Below are positions 63,201 through 64,000 of a stretch of DNA of 64,000 bases, piece by piece. How positions within the stretch are numbered: position 1 is the first letter of the stretch; every line of letters begins with the position of its first letter. The position numbers and the translations under genes are program-made. Under the pieces are notes generated by a model that ran no database searches, was not told the origin of the DNA, and saw nothing but the letters and a program-made list of their open reading frames with translations. Source of the stretch: Eledone cirrhosa (taxonomy: Eukaryota); the NCBI GenBank assembly GCA_964016885.1, contig OZ024742.1, positions 222,766,001 through 222,830,000 on the forward strand, in the 5' to 3' direction.

Positions 63201-64000
63201 GTAGCTATAGTGAAAGAAGCTGTATGGTAGACATGGATGTACAGAAACTCTTCCTCTGCCTGGTAGCTATAGTGAAAGAAGCTGTATGATAGACATGGAT
63301 GTACAGAAACTCTTCTTCTGTCTGGTAGCTATAGTCAAAGAAGCTGTATGGTAGACATGGATGTACAGAAACTCATCCTCTGCCTGGTAGCTATAGTGAA
63401 AGAAGCTGTATGGTAGACATAGATGTACAGAAACTCTTCTGCCTGGTAGCTATAGTGAAAGAAGCTGTATGGTAGACATGGATGTACAGAAATTCTTCGT
63501 CTGCCTGGTAGCTATAGTGAAAGAAGCTGTATGGTAGACATGAATGTACAGAAACTCTTCTTCTGTCTGGTAGCTATAGTGAAAGAAGCTGTATGGTAGA
63601 TATGGATGTACAGAAACTCTTCCTCTGTCTGGTAGCTATAGTGAAAGAAGCTGTATGGTAGACATAGATGTACAGAAACTCTTCTTCTGCCTGGTAGCTA
63701 TAGTGAAAGAAGCTGTATGGTAGACATGGATGTACAGAAACTCTTACTCTGTCTGGTAGCTATAGTGAAAGAAGCTGTATGGTAGACATGGATGTACAGA
63801 AACTCTTCCTCTGTCTGGTAGCTATAGTGAAAGAAGCTGTATGGTAGACATGGATGTACAGAAACTCTTCTTCTGCCTGGTAGCTATAGTGAAAGAAGCT
63901 GTATGGTAGACATGGATGTACAGAAACTCTTCTTCTGCCCGGTAGCTATAGTGAAAGAAGCTGTATGGTAGACATGGATGTACAGAAACTCTTCTTCTGC
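39250..64000. repeat. Intronic satellite array, 62-bp monomer (about 400 copies, runs off the window end)
   Basis: Consensus ctggtagctatagtgaaagaagctgtatggtagacatggatgtacagaaactcttcctctgc, with occasional 59-bp variants. The first monomer at the 5' edge is diverged. Confidence 0.99.

Noticed and set aside
39250-64000. CRISPR-like array (constant part plus variable part)
   Set aside because: The variable segment is only a handful of recurring point variants, not unique spacers. There are no cas genes and the context is a eukaryotic intron.
39250-64000. Coding repeat or ribozyme-containing satellite
   Set aside because: 62 bp is not a multiple of 3 and TAG stops occur on both strands. There is no CUGAnGA core on either strand, only a weak ctgta/tacag hairpin.

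Overview
Eukaryotic, AT-rich, TE-dense genomic DNA. The SINE/LINE complement looks like an octopod cephalopod (inference). The whole window lies inside one + strand gene, a UBE3B-type HECT E3 ubiquitin ligase. I traced 21 internal coding exons (1457-39143, 2270 nt, about 756 codons) with GT-AG boundaries and consistent phases. The gene start and the HECT C-lobe lie outside the window. Introns hold RTE-clade LINE copies (one nested inside another, with a PHD-like finger in the ORF), several tRNA-derived SINE families, TTAA-flanked piggyBac-like MITEs and microsatellites. From about 39.25 kb to the end, a single intron within the HECT domain is filled by about 400 copies of a 62-bp satellite with higher-order structure. 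The most notable signals are: a full type I hammerhead ribozyme fold on the - strand (36582-36661) with a non-canonical GCC cleavage triplet; a minimal hammerhead-like motif at 9950; a candidate 72-nt in-frame cassette exon (18936-19007); a minisatellite built from an exon/5' splice-site junction; and a 34-bp hairpin.
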